Origin: Chiloscyllium plagiosum
Taxonomy: Eukaryota
Reading direction: 5' to 3'
Length of the DNA: 64,000 nt
Assembly (NCBI RefSeq): GCF_004010195.1
Contig: NC_057757.1
Coordinates: 7,145,402 to 7,209,401 of the forward strand
Shown here: in pieces, positions 62,927 through 64,000 of the stretch
Layout: each line of letters opens with the position of its first letter
Position numbering within the stretch: the first letter of the stretch is position 1
Position numbers and translations under genes: made by a program
Notes under the pieces: model-generated
The model's input: the letters and a program-made list of their open reading frames with translations, nothing else
What the model was told of the DNA's origin: nothing
Databases searched by the model: none

Positions 62927-64000
62927 CTGGAAGGACGCAAACAGACAGATTAGAATAAGAAAAAAGACAATGTTGATGGAGTTTTATGAACCGATACAGA
63001 GCAGCTGTTTCACCTTGTGGGGCAATCTAGAAGAAAATGTCACAGTTCGAGGTGAAGGGGCATCAGATTTAAAACAGAAATGAGGAGGAATTACTTCCTT
63101 CAAAGGGCTATGAATCTGTTGAATTCACTACCTCAGATTATGGTGGATCAACTGATCAACTACCAAGTTAAAGTGGTCACGAATTGTAATAAGGGCATGG
63201 AATATTTCACATGAACGTGGACTACAGATGGTGAAATTATTTCACTATGGCTCGCAGTGTGGGTCTTAAAGGGGAATTAAGAAGCACTGCTGAGCACATA
63301 TCTCAGAAGGCATTAAAACAGTGAGCAACAATGGTTTCATTTGATTGAGAAATGTTGGATTAGTGATAACTGCTCGCAACTTGGTATTCTCTTTCAACAA
63401 GAAGGATCAGCAATGATTGAAGCCTCCATCGCTACCCTGTGACCTGAGGATGGGAGGAAGATTGCTCTGTGTAAGAACTCATTAGAATTTGCTGCCGTGC
63501 AGTGAGGAGATAAATGTTATTGAGTTATGACTGGGTTAGCTACAATGAACCTCTTGCAGCATTTTTCATCATTCATGGATTAAGATTAGGGTCTTAAGGG
63601 CATGATCAGTCCTAACTACAATCACTACACTGGATTCAAACAAAATAATTCATCATCACAAAGCACAGTAGAAAACAAATTGTTCCAGACTATCTGTGTT
63701 CTATCTTTTTCAAGGCAATCTAACTAGACCCATAACTATCATTTCTTCCAATAGTGTCCCCTTCACATGGTTGGATAATTCTGTTTTGCACATCTCTGTT
63801 GAGTCTCATAGAGTCATAGAGTTTTTACAGCCCAGTAAGAGGTTCCCTCAGCTCATCATGTCCATACTGGCCATCAAACATCTACCTAGAACACAGAACA
63901 GGCCCTTCGGCCCTTGAAGTTGTGCCGGCCTTTTATCTTACTCTTAAAATCGACTAACTTACATACCCTTCATTGAACTATCATCCATGTGCCTATCCAA

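Overview
Repeat-dense eukaryotic DNA from a cartilaginous fish, probably a shark (inferred from HE1/V-SINEs, Deu-SINEs, CR1 LINEs, Penelope-like elements and a shark-type GPR139-like gene). I found no intact protein-coding gene. The window contains decayed exons of at least two tandem lipoxygenase (ALOX) paralogues on the + strand (9855-16353; 20996-21180; 53193-53371) and two tRNA-Gln relics. A CpG-rich cell-cycle-type promoter with an ATG-GCG|GTGAGT first exon lies on the - strand at about 52.4-52.5 kb, with no recognisable downstream exons. A GPR139-like GPCR pseudogene sits near the right end. A full-span but internally deleted class I ERV (32737-38898, - strand, 4-bp TSD, tRNA-Ser PBS) has been copied with its flank into a ~5.4 kb inverted segmental duplication (3348-8700), and the two copies are identical over the protease region. 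Other mobile elements include a separate env-TM plus LTR remnant, nested CR1 LINEs, a Gmr1-type Gypsy remnant and several Penelope-like elements carrying minimal hammerhead ribozymes. There are also two minisatellites, a convergent pair of CTCF-like sites and a 736-N assembly gap. All coordinates were read by eye, and repeat boundaries are approximate.
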